A stretch of 64,000 nt of DNA, taken from the NCBI GenBank assembly GCA_964016885.1, contig OZ024742.1:48174001-48238000 (forward strand). The letters are read 5' to 3'. The notes under the pieces were generated by a model, which was not told where the DNA came from, made no database searches, and saw only the letters and a list, made by a program, of their open reading frames with translations. Origin of the DNA: Eledone cirrhosa (Eukaryota). Shown here one piece after another: positions 26,916-38,958 of this stretch (the first letter of the stretch is position 1; each line of letters opens with the position of its first letter). Made by a program: the position numbers and the translations under genes.

Positions 26916-29900
26916 GTTTTCTTTATTAACCACAAGGGTTTACATAAAGTAGACATTAAGGACAGTACATGACAATACAGGACGGTACAAATGGGTATTT
27001 CTGCGTGTAAAAAAAACAAATACAGGATGTAAAAAAATAACAATGAAAAATTTCTCAATAGAGGGGAGACTTCCGAGGGACATTTGTGGAGAAAGCCCAT
27101 TAAAAGGCCACAGTGACACTGACCACCAGGGCAAGTGCCCTCTCCCAGTTTTCCACCTTTAATTTACAGACACATATTCAGAGTAGGCCCATTCACTCGG
27201 GCCATACATGCTTCTCTCACCCATCTTTCAACAAAATGCTGGAAGAATTGGTCAAGGGCCAATTTCGCCGCAAGTACGTCGGTCGCGATGCCTTTGCTAA
27301 GCGCCTCGTCTAATTTTCTAACTAGTTCTCCTTCTGCTCTATTTTTCTCTGTTGCTAAACCCTTACTAAACCTAATGCACGCTATCCTAATCGCTCTTTT
27401 CAGAGCAAACCACCACTTGTTGTTGATGGTGGCCCCCGTCAAAGCCCGCTTAACTAGTTCGCTAATCCGGTCTCTGTAGGCCTTGCGCGCTGGTAAGGAC
27501 ACGTTTAGCTTACAGTAGCTGTGTCCTCGTCTATGAAGCCTATCTAAGTCAAGCACACAGAGCACGAATTTGTGGTCCGTGTAGCTGACTATCTTGAATT
27601 GTGGACAGCCTATGCTAGATCTATCTATTTCCCTACAAAATACTCTATCTAGATATGATCTGGATGACCCTATGCGATAGTTCAAGCCGACATTGGCACA
27701 TTCGGGAAATCCAATCGGTACCTGTCAGACAGTTCAAAACGCCTGATCAGGTTGGTGAGGCTCTTGCACCCTCCCCCCCTATCCACTAATCCCATCAGTC
27801 CCAGCGTGCATCTAAGATCCCGTTCCAGTCGCCCTCTAACACTAAAGAGCGGGACGTTCCAAGAAAGGTCTCCAGACGCCGGAAGAAATCAGGCCGCCCT
27901 GCTCTCGTCGGGGCATAGACGGCCACTAGCCTCAAAGCTTGCACGTCTCCGCTGGTCACGTCTAGCACCACCAACTTACCTTCTGGGTCCAGGAAGATGG
28001 CCCGTATGGCGAGATCCAAACCTCTCCGAAAAAGCACAGGAACTCCTCTTTCCGATCCAGGACGGCTGGGAGATGCGTACACATCGTAGCCACCAAAAAT
28101 CGGTGCGAAGGCCCGTGTTTCGGAGATTCTGGTCTCGCTGATGGCCACTACATCTATGTTTAGTGACCTGAGGTCGTTGAGCAGGTGGCCTTGCTTCCAT
28201 GACGACCCCAAATCACGCGCATTTATGCTGCCTATTCTGAGGTCATGTTGAAATGGAGTGGAAAAGATGGGAAAGACCACTTACCTTACTTCTCGTAGAG
28301 GAAGCATGGTTTCTCCATCCTTTTCACTGCTTGTGGCCTCCTCGGGAAGGATGTTCTTATAAATCCTCCTGGAGACTGCTTGACGGAAGGCTCCTATGTC
28401 TATGGGGAATTTTTGTTTTAGTGTCGTGTACGTTTTCTGTGTGATGCGAGTGATTTGTATGTGTGGAGGTGGTGTGAACTTTTGGGTTGTTGTGTAGTCT
28501 TTTTCTGTGATGCTGGTGTTGTGTTGTATGTAGTGTATAATTGTTTGTTATTCAAATTTAATGCTGTGTAGTGTGTATCGTTTTGGTTGTTTTGTTTTGT
28601 TTGCGTTTGTTGTGGGTTTGTTTCTGTTTCGCTTTTTGGTGACTTTTGTGGTGTTTGTGATGGTGTTGGTGTTTGTGGTGATAGGGCTGTTGATGCTGGT
28701 GTGGATGGTTTCATATCTGTCCTAACATTTTTGTTTGATATTTTATTTGTTTCCCTCTGTATTTTGTTTTTGGAGGGGGAGGGAAGAGAATTTTGTTCAT
28801 TTTGGGTTTCTCATTTTTTTTTTCCTGATACCGTTTCCCACTCCTCGTCGTCACAATCTGTCTCCAGTTGTGATAGGCCGGGGAGTGGAATATCCTCTAC
28901 AGGCGTTGGTTTTGGTTGTGGCGTCGTGGATGGTGTAGGCGCTGGTGCCAGTTCTGGCGCGTTGGGTGGTGGTGGTGTTGGATTTGCTACTGTTGCTGGG
29001 GTTGTTGCTGTTACAGTTGCTTTTGTTGTTGCTGCTTCTGTTGTTGCTGCCATCACTGCTGCTGGTGGTGTTGATGGTTGAGTCACTGGGCTGGGTAAGA
29101 GAGGTGGCCTCAACCTTTTAGCCTGAGGGCAGAAAGCCCATACGTGGGTTCGTTCACCACAAACGACACACCTAGGCCTCCTGCCTTCGGCGATTACGGT
29201 ACATCAGTAAGATCTATTACGTCAGGGATCTCAATGCTTTTTTGGTCCACTTGGATCAGGAGCTCGATCCTAGATCCGGACCAGTTCTCCTGCTTTTCTT
29301 TCGCTATTTCGATTATCTTGGTGTCGGTTTCGATGCCGGCGAGGACGGCAGCTATTAGCCAGGGAATTTCGATGGCCGGTGGAACTTGGGTCACCCTGAT
29401 CTTGGGACGAGTGTGAAGTCGTCACTTATTATTGGGGCCACGGAGTGTTCTCTGGCCTCCTGTGGTGTTTCAAAAACACGTCCACAGTTCCATACTTCTG
29501 CCCACGTCTGATGTGGGGTTTTTTTTCCCACACATGTCCCAAAGCATTTTGGATTTGGGACTCGGATGCCCGTTCCACTCGGCGCGATTTTATGTTAATC
29601 GTCCGATAAGACAAAGTGCATAGGCGCCGATGCTCCATTTTATTAGGTGGTGGGTGAGGGACCCTGTACCCATCTTTCTTTACCATTTTTTTTTGCTTCT
29701 TCTAATTCCTCCTATGTTACCTCGAATGCTTCGCACTGTTTTGATACTCTGGCAAAACTCAGGGTGGTCTTCTTAATTTCATTGTTGCTGTTGTTGTTAT
29801 CGTTATTTTTGTTATTGTTAATTTTAGTTTTAGTTGTGGTGGTGGTGGGGGTCAGTCGTGTTCGGTGTGGAAGAGTTCATTTTGGTTGAATTCATTTCGA

Positions 29901-30365
29901 TATCACGAGTTAATTTATTTTTTTCTTTTGTTTCTGTTGTCGCTGTGGTGGGGGTGGCGGCTTTAACACCTGTAGTCATTGGTAATGGCGGGAAATGAAT
30001 GTCTGCCTGAGACAAATTTAAAATATATCTACTGCTTATATTTTTAGTGTTGGCAAACGTAGTAATATTTACAATGTTGGTGTCGGTGTGAGGTGTTAGT
30101 TTGTGAGGAAGGCTCTCAGCTACTGGGTTCAGCAGTGAGTCGCCCATGATTTTTAAAAGACATTTTTTTTTGTTTGATAATTATAAAATGTTTAAATTTT
30201 GGGCTCGAGGCCCCAATCTATTTGAGTGTCCTTTTCAGAAATCAATGTATGTGCACTTATATACAGTTAACAATAAACATTTTCCATGAATGGTAATTTT
30301 AAACAAATGAAAATAAAAAAACATTTGCGGAGCTCACGATAATACGATTTACTACGTAGGTCGCC
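26916..30365 (-). mobile_element. Tx1-type LINE copy T2, RT deleted, divergent 5' end and ORF1
   Basis: APE endonuclease motifs (SINAR.L, ISETR, GDWN, SYLDRV, TDH) are joined at about 27240 to the ORF2 C-terminus. ORF1 is only distantly similar to T3/T4. (AAT)n flanks. Confidence 0.85.
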
Positions 30366-30426
<61 letters not shown>

Positions 30427-30717
30427 GTGCAAGAGAAGGGGAGGGAGAAAATTAACCGATACCAGGACTTTAAGTGGGAGGTAAAAAGGATTTGGAACTG
30501 CCATGAAGTCATAGGCGCACTAGGTACTATCTCAAAAAGTTTCCAGCGATGGTTAAAGAAAATTGGCCACGCCACGCTTTTTGGAACGCTTCAAAAGGCA
30601 TGCTTTCTCGGAACAGGAAGAACCCTCCGATACGTCCTGAATATCTGAGGCTGCAGGTAGTGCCTTGATATTATTTCAACAAACTTTCCAGCTAACTAAC
30701 ATCAATGACTGAGAATC
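30427..30717 (+). mobile_element. R4/Dong-type non-LTR retrotransposon 3' end (restriction-like endonuclease C-terminus)
   Basis: EKINRYQDFKWEVKRIW..VIGALGTISK..LQKACFLGTGRTLRYVL*, then a short UTR and (AAT)n. 5'-truncated within (AAT)n. Confidence 0.85.
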
Positions 30718-30723
30718 AAATAA

Positions 30724-30781
<58 letters not shown>

Positions 30782-31029
30782 TTCTTTATTAACCACAAGG
30801 GTTTACATAAAGTAGACATTAAGGACAGTGCAGGACAATACAGGAATGTACTAATGGTCATTTCTGCATGTAAAAAACAAAAACAGAGGATGTAACAAAA
30901 AAATAACAATGATAAATCCCCCAATAGGGGGGAGACTTCGGAGGGACATTTGTGGAGACCGCCCAGTAAAAGGCCACAGTGACCCTGACCATCAAGACAA
31001 GTGCCCTCTCCCAGTTTTCCACCTTTAAT

Positions 31030-34000
31030 TTACATATACTACTGAGAGTAGGCCCATTCACTCGGGCCATTCTTGCTTCTCTCACCCATCTTTCAACAAA
31101 ATGCTGGGAAGAGAGCACTTCCCTCTCTACTCTGATTTTCCTTTTCAAATGAAATTTGAAAAAGTCCATCAGGGCATCACCAAAGAGGTAGGTGCTCGTC
31201 TTCAGCCCTTTCAAACGTGTCCACCATACTATCTCTTTCGCCATGGCCACCAGGCAGATAAAAACTGCCTGTTCTTCCCGGCTAAAGGAAGTGGGCGGGG
31301 CAATCCTCACGATGGACTCAGATGATAGCCGGATCCGTCCTACACGCGACAGCAGGTGTTCGACATAAACCCACAAGTCAGCAATTTTCGGACACTGGAC
31401 GACTGCGTGCAGGACGGTTTCGTCGCCCTGCGCGCGTCTCGGACATGCCCGACTGACGGCACCTCCATGCCTCTAGAGTTTATCCCGAACTGGCAAGGCT
31501 CCTCGGTAGCACTGCCAGGCCAGAGATTTCTGGAAGTTGTCCATAGGCTCTGGCCCGAAAGTTCTTCCGAAGAGATTGGTTAGTTGATTTTCGTCGACGC
31601 CTAGAGTTTCCCCAAGTACGTCGTCGCTCTTCCCCTCCACTAATCCTCTATAGAACGCCGAGGTGGAGTTTCCACCAATCACATTGCCCGATTGGTCGAG
31701 GGCTGTGAGCGCCTGAAGACATTACAGTCCCCAAGCGCTCCCTCTTGGTCTTCGCTTGACCTAGGACTGCAGCTCCGTCAAGGAGACGAGGTGGGGAATG
31801 ACGTGTCTAGCAAACGGCGACCACACCTGATCACCGTCGAGGAAGAGGTAGAGATGTCGTAGCCTAAGCGCGTGTCAGCGCATCATCAGCCATGGCATGC
31901 CCAGCCCTCCACGTAGCGGGTGTTGACAGCAGATTGACCGCCTGACCATCGGAGCGCGTCGCTTCCACAAAAAGCGAAAGAGCAAACGCTCCAGCTCAGT
32001 CAGGCGAGGCTTAGGACAAGCTTCGACGGTCAGGCGGTAGCAGATGACAGACGCTAATTACGCGTTAGCCACCTCCGCTCGACCTTTCAGGGATAGCTTC
32101 CTTTCCGCACATTTCTGGGTGAGAGAAGCCACCCTGCTCGTCACCTCGTCCCAGTTTTTATCCGTCTGGAGGTCCGGACTGAACCAGACCCCTAGCAATT
32201 TAACCGCTCCGTCCGTCCAGCGTCCGTCGACGCTGTTGGACGGCATGGACCTGCCTCTCCAGGTGCCGAGCTGCAGGCCCACTGACTTTTCCTGATTCAT
32301 CATTGCTCCTGTCACCGATCGTATTCTCTTAGTGTTGTGCCGATCGCCTCGATGTGTTTGGCGTTAAACACCACTACGGTGACATCGTCCGCATATGCTG
32401 ACACGGATCTTCCGTGTCCTAGTTCGCGCGGGACGCCCCTCATCGTCTCCAGTTTGTGCAGTAATGGCTCGACAGTCAATACGTACAAGAGGGAGGAGAG
32501 GGGACATCCTTGGCGGACCGAGCGCATGATGTTGAACGGTTCCGAAAGGTGACCGTTCACTCTCGCCACAGAGAAGATGTCGCTTTGCATGGCAGCAATC
32601 CAGCCTCTGAAGACGGGCCTAAAGCCAGCCGCCCTCAGGACTGGCGCTAGGTAACGATGGTCGAAACTATCGAAAGATTTCGACAGATCTAAATTGATCA
32701 GGGACCCACCCGTGCCAGGTTCTCTAGCTACCCTCTCTACGATGTATCGCATGAGGTGGAGGTTGTCGTGGATGGATCTGTCGGGAATGGCGCATGTCTG
32801 CAACTCTCCCAGCAGACCACCAGCGACAAGCGTTAACCTCTTTGCTAGCACCTTGGCCAATATCTTGAACTCTGTGTTTAGCAGTGTTATGGGCCTGAAA
32901 TTATCTATGTTATCCCTTTTGTTCGGATCTTTTCTCAGCAGTGCCACCGCTCCTCGGCTCACACAGCTGGGAATTCTCCCATTTTGTTGCCAGTTGCAGT
33001 AGACGTCCGCCAAGAGGCCTCCGAACAATTCTGGCATCTGTACGTAAAATTCATAGGGCAGACCATCCAAACCAGGCGATTTACCCCTTTTGCTTTGCAG
33101 CCAGTCATTGCATCCCGTACTTCAGCGGCTGTTATCGGCTTTTCGCAACACTCCGCCTCAGTGGCCGAGTGCCGCGGCAGTCCGTCGAGGTATACACTAA
33201 AGTCCATCCCTCGACCCGCCCCACCGCTGCCCCCGAACAGCTGCGCGAAGTGTCGCTGAAAAGCTTCACACATTTGCCCGGGATCGAATAGCATGCGCCC
33301 GTCGTGGTCCACCAAAGACCGGATCGTGGCTCTGTTGCCACGACGCGCCTCCGCCACTCGAGCCCCGTGAACGACTTTCGTCCCCTCGTGTCTGAGAGCA
33401 CGCCACCTGGCTCTGACAACGCAGCCTTCGTGCTTTGCATTGAAGAATTGGTCAAGGGCCAATTTCGCCGCAAGCACGTCGGTCGTGATGCCTTTGCTAA
33501 GCGCCTCGTCTAATTTTCTATCTAGTTCTCCCTCTGCTTTATTTTTCTCTATTGCTAAAGCCTTACTAAACCTAATGAATTCTATTCTAATCCCTCTTTT
33601 CAGAGCAAACCACCACTTGTTGTTGACGATGGCACCCGTGAACGCCCGTTTAACTAGTTCGCTAATCCCGTCACTGGGGGCCTTGCGCGCTGGTAAGGAT
33701 GCGTTTAGCTTCCAGTAGCCGGATCCTCGTCTATGAAGCCTATCTAAGTCCAGCACACAGATCACGAATTTGTGGTCCGTGTAGCTGACTATCTTGAATT
33801 GTGGACAGCCTATGCTAGACCTATCTATTTCCCTACAAAATACTCTATCTAGATATGATCTGGATGACCCTATGCGATTTGTCCAAGTCCACATTGGCAC
33901 ATTCGGCAAATCCAATCGGTACCTGTCAGACAGTTCAAAACGCCTGAGGAGGTTGGTGAGGCTCTTGCACCCTCCACCCCTATCTGCTAATCCCACACAG

Positions 34001-34425
34001 TCCCAGCGTGCATCTAAGATCCCTTTCCAGTTGCCCACTAACACTAAAGAGCGGGACGTTCCAAGAAAGTTCTCCAGACGCCGGAAGAAATCAGGCCACC
34101 CTGCTCCTGTCGGGGCATAGACGGCCACTAGCCTGAAAGCTTGCCCGTCTCCGCTGGTCACGTCGAGCACCACCAACTTACCCTCTGAGTCCAGGAAGAT
34201 GGCCCGTATGGCGAGATCCAAACCACTCCGAAAAAGCACAGGAACTCCTCCCCCCGATCCAGGACGGCTGGGAGATGCGTACACATCGTAGCCGCTGGAG
34301 ATTCTGGTCTCGCTGATGGCCACTATATCTATGTTTAATGAACTGAGGTCGTTGAACAGGTGACCCTGCTTCCATGACGACCGCAAGCCACGCGCATTTA
34401 TGCTGCCTATTCTGAGTGAGGTCAT
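31030..34425 (-). pseudogene. Tx1 ORF2 (APE endonuclease, reverse transcriptase, C-terminal Cys/His motif), frameshifted
   Basis: ORF pieces 32959-34425, 32312-33070 (FRPITLLN, VRQGCPLS, AYADD), 32058-32315, 31473-31682 and 30858-31376. Confidence 0.92.
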
Positions 34426-34460
34426 GTTTAAAATGGAGTGGAAAAGATTGGAAAGACAAC

Positions 34461-36539
34461 TTACCGTACTTTTCGTAGAAGAAGGATGGTTTCTCCATCC
34501 CTTTTCACTTGATCGTCTGGTGAAGGGACCGTTGAATCATCCCTTCGGCTGGTCGTCGGCTCTTCTATGAGTATGTCCGAATATACTCTCCGGTTGAGAG
34601 TCCCTGATAGGTCTCTAAAATCACCAACTGTTTTGGGGAATTTCGTTTTAATGTTTGTGTATTGTTTCTGTGCTATTTTTACCAGTCTTATGTTCGTTTT
34701 TTGATTGGTGCTGGTATTATGTAGTCGTACTGGAAAATGTCTGTGTGTTCAATTATGTAAGTCATTAGTTTCATGTTGTGTGTATTTATTGCCGTGCATT
34801 TGTTTTTCTGGGGGTAGGGTGTGGTTCTGCTATTTTCTTGACCTTGTTGCTGGGTGTGTGTGTTTTGTTGTTGTGTTTGCGATGTTAGTGCTTGTGGTGG
34901 TGGTGTTGAAGGTATTATTGTTGTTGGCGGAGGGGGTGTCGCCGGTGGTGATGGTGGTGCTAGTGTGGTTGGTGATGGTGTTGGTGGTGTTGCTGCTGTG
35001 AGTTTCTTTGCAGTGGCATTTACCCTTTTTTCATTTCTTTCCTCACTTTTCAAGGTGACGATGCGCTGCTTCTGCGTTTGTGTCTTCTTACGACCTTTTG
35101 CCATCCCTCTCCCACCTCACCCTCCATGTCTGATTCTGTGAGGTTGGGGATGGGTACCAGCTCCACTCTTTCACTTGTTGTTGTTGGTGATGTTTGCAGT
35201 GGAGTCTCTGTTGCAGCTGCATTTGGTATTACTGTTGTTGTTGTTAATACTTCCACTGCTGCTGCTGTTCTCGATTTCCGTGGCGTGGGTATGGGTGCCA
35301 CGGACCTATCGTTCCTGGTTGCCGCTTGTCCTGTTGCTGGTAGTCGTGGAGCCGGTATTTCGGAAGGAGGGGTTTTCTTCTTTCTCAGGGTCTTCTCGTT
35401 GCAGAGGTGAGTCTTCGATCCACAGCGAAAGCATTTCGGGCGTTTTCTCTCAACACTTATAGGCAATTGAGTGCCGTTATCGAAGTCTATCACATCCGGG
35501 ATAGCTTCGATGCACTCCTGATTGGTTTGTATTAACATCTCAATGGAGGTGCCGACCCAATCTTCTCGTACTTTTTTCTGTACTTGCAGTACAGTTGTTT
35601 TGTCCTCGATTCCGACGAGGACAGACGCGGCCAGCCAAGAAGGGGCCATTCCGGGGGGGGGGGGACGTGGTTCAGTTTGACCCTCACAATTTTTTGCCCG
35701 CAGTAGGAGGGCACCAACACCATTTCCTCGCTCCTTAGGGTCACTAAGGATTGAGCCTTTGCCTCCTGGGGTGTGGCAAAAAGCACGTCTACGGTGGCAT
35801 GTTTCTTGCCTCGAGTGATGTGCGTTTTCCGCTGCCACACAGACCCTAAGGTTTTTTGTATTTGAGCCTCTGTGGCTCTTTCAACCCTACACGATTTTGT
35901 GCTTACTGTACGGTACGCAAAAATGTTCGGCTGCCTTGCAGATTGCTCGGTCTCCGGTTTTCGTCACCATCTTCTTCGCTTCCTGTAATTCCTCATTTGT
36001 TATGAGGATGGTTTCCAGGTTCTTTGCGATACCTGCAAACGAGATTGGTATTTCTTTGCTTATGTTGTTGTTGTTGTTGTCGTCAGAACTGCTGTTACTT
36101 TTGTTGTTGCTGCAGGTACTACGACTACTACCGCCGCCGCTGCTGCTGCTGTTGTTGTTGCTGTTGCTGCTAATGCTGTTGTTGTTTATGCTGCTGCTGA
36201 TGCTGTTTCGGCTGCTACTATTGTCTTCCTCGTCATTGTTGCTGCTGCTGCTGCTGTTGTTACGGCTGCTACTGCTATTATTCATGACGTCAGATGAATG
36301 AAATTGGTTTTCGTATTTACTGCACACCTTTTTCGTAATTGTCGTCGTCGTGGAGAAATTTTCCATGATTTTCACATGATTTTTCTTGTCTGGCGTCGCT
36401 TGCAAAAGAGAGGGAGGGAGAGAAACACATTTAGAGAAGGGAGGTAGAGAGACAATCTTCTCTCTGCTGTAGTGACGATTGAGGAAGAAGAAGACTGAAT
36501 GAGTGGGAGTGACCTATGAAAATTCTTTTTCGTGGCCAT
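34461..36539 (-). pseudogene. Tx1 ORF1 (gag-like, zinc knuckle, low-complexity S/N/T/P tracts), frameshifted
   Basis: MATKKNF start, RPKCFRCGSKTH knuckle, stop just upstream of ORF2. Confidence 0.8.
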
Positions 36540-36753
36540 GTTTTTTCTTTTTTTAAAATAAATATTGTGCACAAACCCCAATAAACGGTTATTTAACCCC
36601 GAAGGGCCAAATAACGGGCAGAAAGACCCCTCTCACGAGGAGGAGGGTGTTTTTGTCTACAATTTGGTTAAAGTTTTAAACAATTTACAATTGTTATAGT
36701 GGTCAAAATTTACAATACCTTACAGAGCCGAGCCTCCGTCAACCATGGCATTC

Positions 36754-36784
<31 letters not shown>

Positions 36785-36785
<1 letters not shown>

Positions 36786-38958
36786 GACATATATCAACTG
36801 GTAAAAGAAGCTCCCGAAAACAGAGGCTATATTGACAGTAACAAACTAGCCAATATAAGAAGAAATATTGTTACAAAAAGTTACTAACTGATATAGAAAT
36901 TGATCAGATCAAGCTATTAGCACAAAGTCAGCGAAGGGAAAATGAAACATGTGTCAGTGAAAACGAGGTAAATTGTAACACTTCGAATCCATGGGTTGGA
37001 GCGGAATCACTGACAACAGAACAAATTAAAGAAAGGATCGAAAAATTGGAGGGAGTGCATGCTCAAGATGAAACTCAAAATGAAAACAATGAGATCGTAA
37101 ATGATGAAGAAATGAATGAGAATGAACTTGCCAAATTGAAGGATGAAATTATGATCGAATGGATGAAAATGAAAGAATCTGACATGGAGGAGCGAGACAC
37201 CCCCCCTAAGATCCAGAACTCAAACAGAACCAAAAGATAATACACAAGACTAACATAATTCTCAAAAACATTATCATCACAAACAAACTAAACATTACTG
37301 ATTTAAATCATCTCTATTATGCATCGGCTAAAGTCACCACTCACTTATGTGGAGTGAAAATGAAAAAAAACAAAGGAATTCCCACAAGAAATCTACTTGG
37401 CAAGAGAACATCAATCGCCAAATAAACCTTCTCCGATCTGACATAGAAATATTAAAAAACTATAAAGTAGGTGAACATGTTAAACAAACTAAACTTATAA
37501 AATTGAAAAGAAAGTACAGTATAAAATCAACAAGTGACATAGACATGCTGATAGAAATAATCAAGCAAAAAGTGTCGGCCAAAGCTACTTGTATAAGGCG
37601 CTTTGAAAAACGATCGAGATTCTATAAGGTCAATAATATGTTCAAAAACAACCAAAGAAACTTCTACAGAAAAATTGGTAAGTCAACAATAACTGCTAAA
37701 TCAATTCCACGCAAGGAGGAAGTGCAAGAATTCTGGGAAAAGATCTGGGCCGAAGAAAAAGTTCATAATATACATGCCCCATGGATAGACAGACAAATGA
37801 AATATACAGCTCACCTTGAGGAAATAATATGGGAAAATATAACAGTTGAACAGTTGCGTTTGGCTCTTAGAAAAACCAGCAAATGGAAATCCCCAGGAAA
37901 AGACAAAATACAAAATGTTTGGATAAATGCCTTCACAGACTCTCATGAGCTGTAGAGTCCAACTTTACAATGAAATATTTAGAGCGCCAGAAAAGATACA
38001 ATCATGGCTAGTTAACGGCATTACATTCATGCTTCCGAAGAATGATAAGACAGACAACCCCAACAATTACAGACCGATAACTTGCTTGACTACAATGTAT
38101 AACATTTTAACATCAGTCCTAAATGAATATACATATGACCACCTGATAATAAATGACCTATTTCCCATTGAGCAGAAAGGGTGTAAACGAGGCTCATATG
38201 GCTGTAAGGATCAGCTTTTGCTTAACAAAATGATACTGGAAGACTGTCATAATTGACACAAACATCTATCGATTGCTTATATAGATTATAAAAAAAGCAT
38301 TCGATAGTTTGCCACACAGTTGGATTGAAAAATGTTTAGAGATTTTCAAAATATCTCCCGTTGTCAGGAGGATTTTGTCATTCAGTATGAAGACATGGAA
38401 AACGACACTCCTTTTGAATAGTGAAACAAAATCACTGGAAGCTGGAGAAGTTAATATTAATTGTGGAATTTTTCAGGGTGACTCTTTATCACCGCTTTTA
38501 TTCTGCATCGCACTTATACCATTAAGTAAAATGCTCAAAGAAACAAAACATGGATATAAAGTCTATGACAAAACCATTAATCACTTGTTCTACATGGATG
38601 ACCTGAAACTATTTGCAAAAAATGATGAACAATTGCAAGGGCTATTATCCACTGTGGAGCAGTTCAGTGATGACATTAAAATGGAGTTTGGACTAGATAA
38701 ATGCGCCAAAGCAACGTTCACCAGAGGAAAGCTGCTGAACAGTTCAGACATTAATCTTGATCGGGGGAATGTGATAAGAGAACTTGATCAAGAGGAAACT
38801 TAGAAATATCTAGGTGTCTGTGAAGGAGACGGAATCAAGCACTCGACAATGAAAGAAAGGATAAGGAAGGAATGTAACCGCAGAGTAAGAGCAATCTTAA
38901 GAACGGAGTTGAATGCAAGTAATAGGATCGATGCCATAAACACGCTTGCCATACCAGT
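36785..38958 (+). mobile_element. R4/Dong-type non-LTR retrotransposon, RT region, truncated at both ends and pseudogenised
   Basis: WKSPGKDKIQN, YRPITCL, QKGC..GCKDQL, IDYKKAFDS.PHSWI, GIFQGDSLSPLLF, HLFYMDDLKL, FGLDKC. Starts at (AAT)n. Confidence 0.9.

Larger units (their letters stand above)
30781..36753 (-). mobile_element. Tx1-type LINE copy T3, near full length (~5.97 kb)
   Basis: Same 5' terminus as T1/T4. Has ORF1, ORF2 (APE-RT-zinc finger) and a 3'UTR ending AATAAAGAAA then (TTA)n. Confidence 0.92.
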
